64,000 nucleotides of DNA from Atractiella rhizophila (lineage: Eukaryota). The position numbers were made by a program, and so were the translations under genes. Positions 61,600-64,000 of this stretch are shown here, piece by piece (position 1 is the stretch's first letter; every line of letters begins with the position of its first letter). The DNA lies in the NCBI GenBank assembly GCA_021432655.1, contig MU271220.1:1-64000 (forward strand). The letters run 5' to 3'. The notes under the pieces were generated by a model that worked only from the letters and a program-made list of their open reading frames with translations, was not told the origin of the DNA and did no database searches.

Positions 61600-63123
61600 A
61601 TGGTCAAAATCCTTACTCCTCGCACTCGGCAACGCCGGAGGATGCTCAAAATCGAAGACCTCCCTCCCGAGATCCTCATTTCCATCTTCTGTCACATCTG
61701 CAAGGATGAGCAACAGCCGACAATCTGTTTAGCATCCTTGTCGTTGACATCAAAATACTTCTCCTCCTGTCTTCAACCTGCCCTGTTCTCTCGGCCTATA
61801 TTCCTCACGGATGCTGTTGCACAATGGCCAACCACTGCACCACACCGATTGCCTTTGATCAGATTTCTCAACGTTTGGGCAGTCGGCAAGGTGACCAAAA
61901 AAATCATCAACTTCCTTCAGCAGACGTCCCAACTGAAGGCTCTTCGATTCTCAGTGCCAAAGAGAAAATTCCTGCTCCCACATCATTTGCTCGAAAGTTT
62001 GGTCACTCTCACCCTTTCCGTTATCCCCCCGCATGGTCACAATTCCGTTCAAAATCAACATTCGATCTTTGATCATGTTCCCAACCTTTGTGCTTTGAGA
62101 AGACTGCGTTCGCTCCAGCTGGATTGCGGAGATGCCGCTCTGCCTGAAGACACGATGCTCGAATCCTCTCTCGACGCACTGAGCCTCGAAATTCAATCCC
62201 CATATCAAATCAATGCATGCCACTCCTTCTTCGCCAAATCCTTCGAGACTTTGGTTGATCTTCGCATTGCCGAACACGTTTTCAAACTTACAGCAGATTT
62301 TCGAACCTTCATCGAATGTTTCGCTTCCAACGTCGAACGATTGGATATATCTGTACGAGCTGTGAAAGGACTTCCTCATTTACCGCGTCTTTTATGGCTT
62401 GCGATTCAAGACGATTCTGAGTCCCAATGTCAAACCCATATGCCGAAGCTCCTAGACATCGTCCCTCACATCCATGGCGCGAAGAAACTCAAAACAATTC
62501 GTCTGCGTTATGTGCTCCTTGGGAACGATTTCATACCTGCAAGCTTTGCTCTCCAAAGCTTCTACATCTCCGGTTGGACTGGTGTTGTAGATCCTCTAAG
62601 AGGTCTTTTGCAACTCTCCAACGGAGTTCTCCGTTCCCTCTCCCTCCACCTTGTCCACCACAGCGTTCCCGAAGTCCTGGCACTTGTTAGCAACAGTTTG
62701 GTTGAACTTCAGCTCGGCACGTTGATGAACGTGGAGAATATTCAAGGCATCACACGCTGTCCAAGCTTACGAACACTGGAGATCCACTCATCTGGCCTAC
62801 ATTACCTGCAGGAAATCGAGTCTTACTCAGACACAGGAAAGACGTGGAGCATCGAGTATCTCTTTCTCATTGGAAGTCATATGGATCGTTACGAGCTGGA
62901 TTTTATCCTAAAAGCGCGAAGGAATGGGATGTTTCCTTGCTTAAGGAAACTCTGGAGTCCAAGGTGCAGTTATCAGGACTTGGAAGAAGAGATTCAGTGC
63001 GACGGGTTTCAGATTAGCAGCAGAAAGGAGAGGAGAATTCAGTGGCGTAAGGAGGTGGACAGTTTGCTTGGATTGATTTCTAAGCCGAAGTTTGGAGCCG
63101 AAGATTTCTGTGCTGGTTTCTGA
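61600..63123 (+). CDS. F-box/LRR protein, intronless (start 61600 or 61642)
   Basis: KIEDLPPEILISIFCHI...LASLSLTSKYFSSCLQPALFS (F-box); repeated LxxLxL motifs; 507-aa ORF. Confidence 0.8.
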   Translation: MVKILTPRTRQRRRMLKIEDLPPEILISIFCHICKDEQQPTICLASLSLTSKYFSSCLQPALFSRPIFLTDAVAQWPTTAPHRLPLIRFLNVWAVGKVTKKIINFLQQTSQLKALRFSVPKRKFLLPHHLLESLVTLTLSVIPPHGHNSVQNQHSIFDHVPNLCALRRLRSLQLDCGDAALPEDTMLESSLDALSLEIQSPYQINACHSFFAKSFETLVDLRIAEHVFKLTADFRTFIECFASNVERLDISVRAVKGLPHLPRLLWLAIQDDSESQCQTHMPKLLDIVPHIHGAKKLKTIRLRYVLLGNDFIPASFALQSFYISGWTGVVDPLRGLLQLSNGVLRSLSLHLVHHSVPEVLALVSNSLVELQLGTLMNVENIQGITRCPSLRTLEIHSSGLHYLQEIESYSDTGKTWSIEYLFLIGSHMDRYELDFILKARRNGMFPCLRKLWSPRCSYQDLEEEIQCDGFQISSRKERRIQWRKEVDSLLGLISKPKFGAEDFCAGF

Positions 63124-64000
63124 ATTCACTGTGGTCCCGCGTCTCTTGACGAAATCATCCCCAAAACAAATTGTATTCTTTAGCAGGGCATAGTAGTAGA
63201 AACAGTGTTTAAATATTGAGCTCTCCAATAATTCAAGAACAAACGGTGTTCGCGACTGGCAAAATAAGAAATTATCAAAGAATTTCCAAAAGATGTCAGA
63301 ATTCGACGCATGGCAAACATATTTATGGTATGGCACGGGGAGGACGTGTGCACAATGGAGCATACTATCGTTGGAATCCAAACTCGAGGAGAATACTGGC
63401 ACACTCTTCCCTAGTAAGGCTTGGCTTCAGAGCTTCCTCATCCCTCCCCTCATTTTCCTTCCTCTTCTCTTCGGCGGGGTCAACATCTGTGTCTCCCTCA
63501 GCTTCCATCTCGACCGAAGTGTCAGACTGCGTAGAGCCATGACTTTCAAAGAGACGGGCATATTTAAAGGAAAGAGGTCTTTTGCAACTCTCCAACGGAG
63601 TTCTCCGTTCCCTCTCCCTCCACCTTGTCCACCACAGCGTTCCCGAAGTCCTGGCACTTGTTAGCAACAGTTTGGTTGAACTTCAGCTCGGCACGTTGAT
63701 GAACGTGGAGAATATTCAAGGCATCACACGCTGTCCAAGCTTACGAACACTGGAGATCCACTCATCTGGCCTACATTACCTGCAGGAAATCGAGTCTTAC
63801 TCAGACACAGGAAAGACGTGGAGCATCGAGTATCTCTTTCTCATTGGAAGTCATATGGATCGTTACGAGCTGGATTTTATCCTAAAAGCGCGAAGGAATG
63901 GGATGTTTCCTTGCTTAAGGAAACTCTGGAGTCCAAGGTGCAGTTATCAGGACTTGGAAGAAGAGATTCAGTGCGACGGGTTTCAGATTAGCAGCAGAAA
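62598..64000 (+). repeat. Head-to-tail duplication: unit 62598-63571 (974 bp), second copy starts at 63572 and runs off the window
   Basis: aagaggtcttttgcaactctcc at 62598 and 63572; 63572-64000 matches 62598-63026. Confidence 0.97.
63180..63571 (-). CDS. Probable 3' part of an unidentified minus-strand gene, cut by the duplication junction
   Basis: Open acidic frame FKYARLFESHGSTQSDTSVEMEAEGDTD...REECASILLEFGFQ that begins at the junction. Confidence 0.35.

Overview
Gene-dense, intron-rich eukaryotic DNA from a fungus, most likely a basidiomycete. Introns are mostly 45-65 nt, with many micro-exons and divergent gene pairs. About 24 protein-coding loci can be supported: RAD5, PP2A B56/RTS1, mitochondrial S13, GID4/VID24, 6-phosphogluconate dehydrogenase, KGD4/YMR31-like, a cytochrome b5-domain protein, a CUE protein, PBP1/ataxin-2, an SCH9-like kinase, cohesin SCC3, a Yap-like bZIP, a spliced NTAQ1/WDYHV1 Nt-glutamine amidase invisible in the ORF track, USP7/UBP15, RTA1, an ELMO protein, a CBM21 PP1-targeting subunit, three F-box/LRR genes and several hypotheticals. 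Three head-to-tail duplications (2.6 kb, 1.7 kb, about 1 kb) cut through genes. In the two complete ones the copies differ mainly at intronic and synonymous sites, which looks like two haplotypes assembled in tandem. Other notable points: a 3-nt micro-exon in 6PGD, a run of four micro-exons in RTS1, at least six GC-AG introns, a ~240-aa insert in the GID4 barrel, a double F-box protein, a 920-nt first intron in the SCH9-like gene, and paired MCB boxes in the first SCC3 intron. No tRNA, rRNA, CRISPR array or intact transposon was recognised. All exon structures were inferred by eye.
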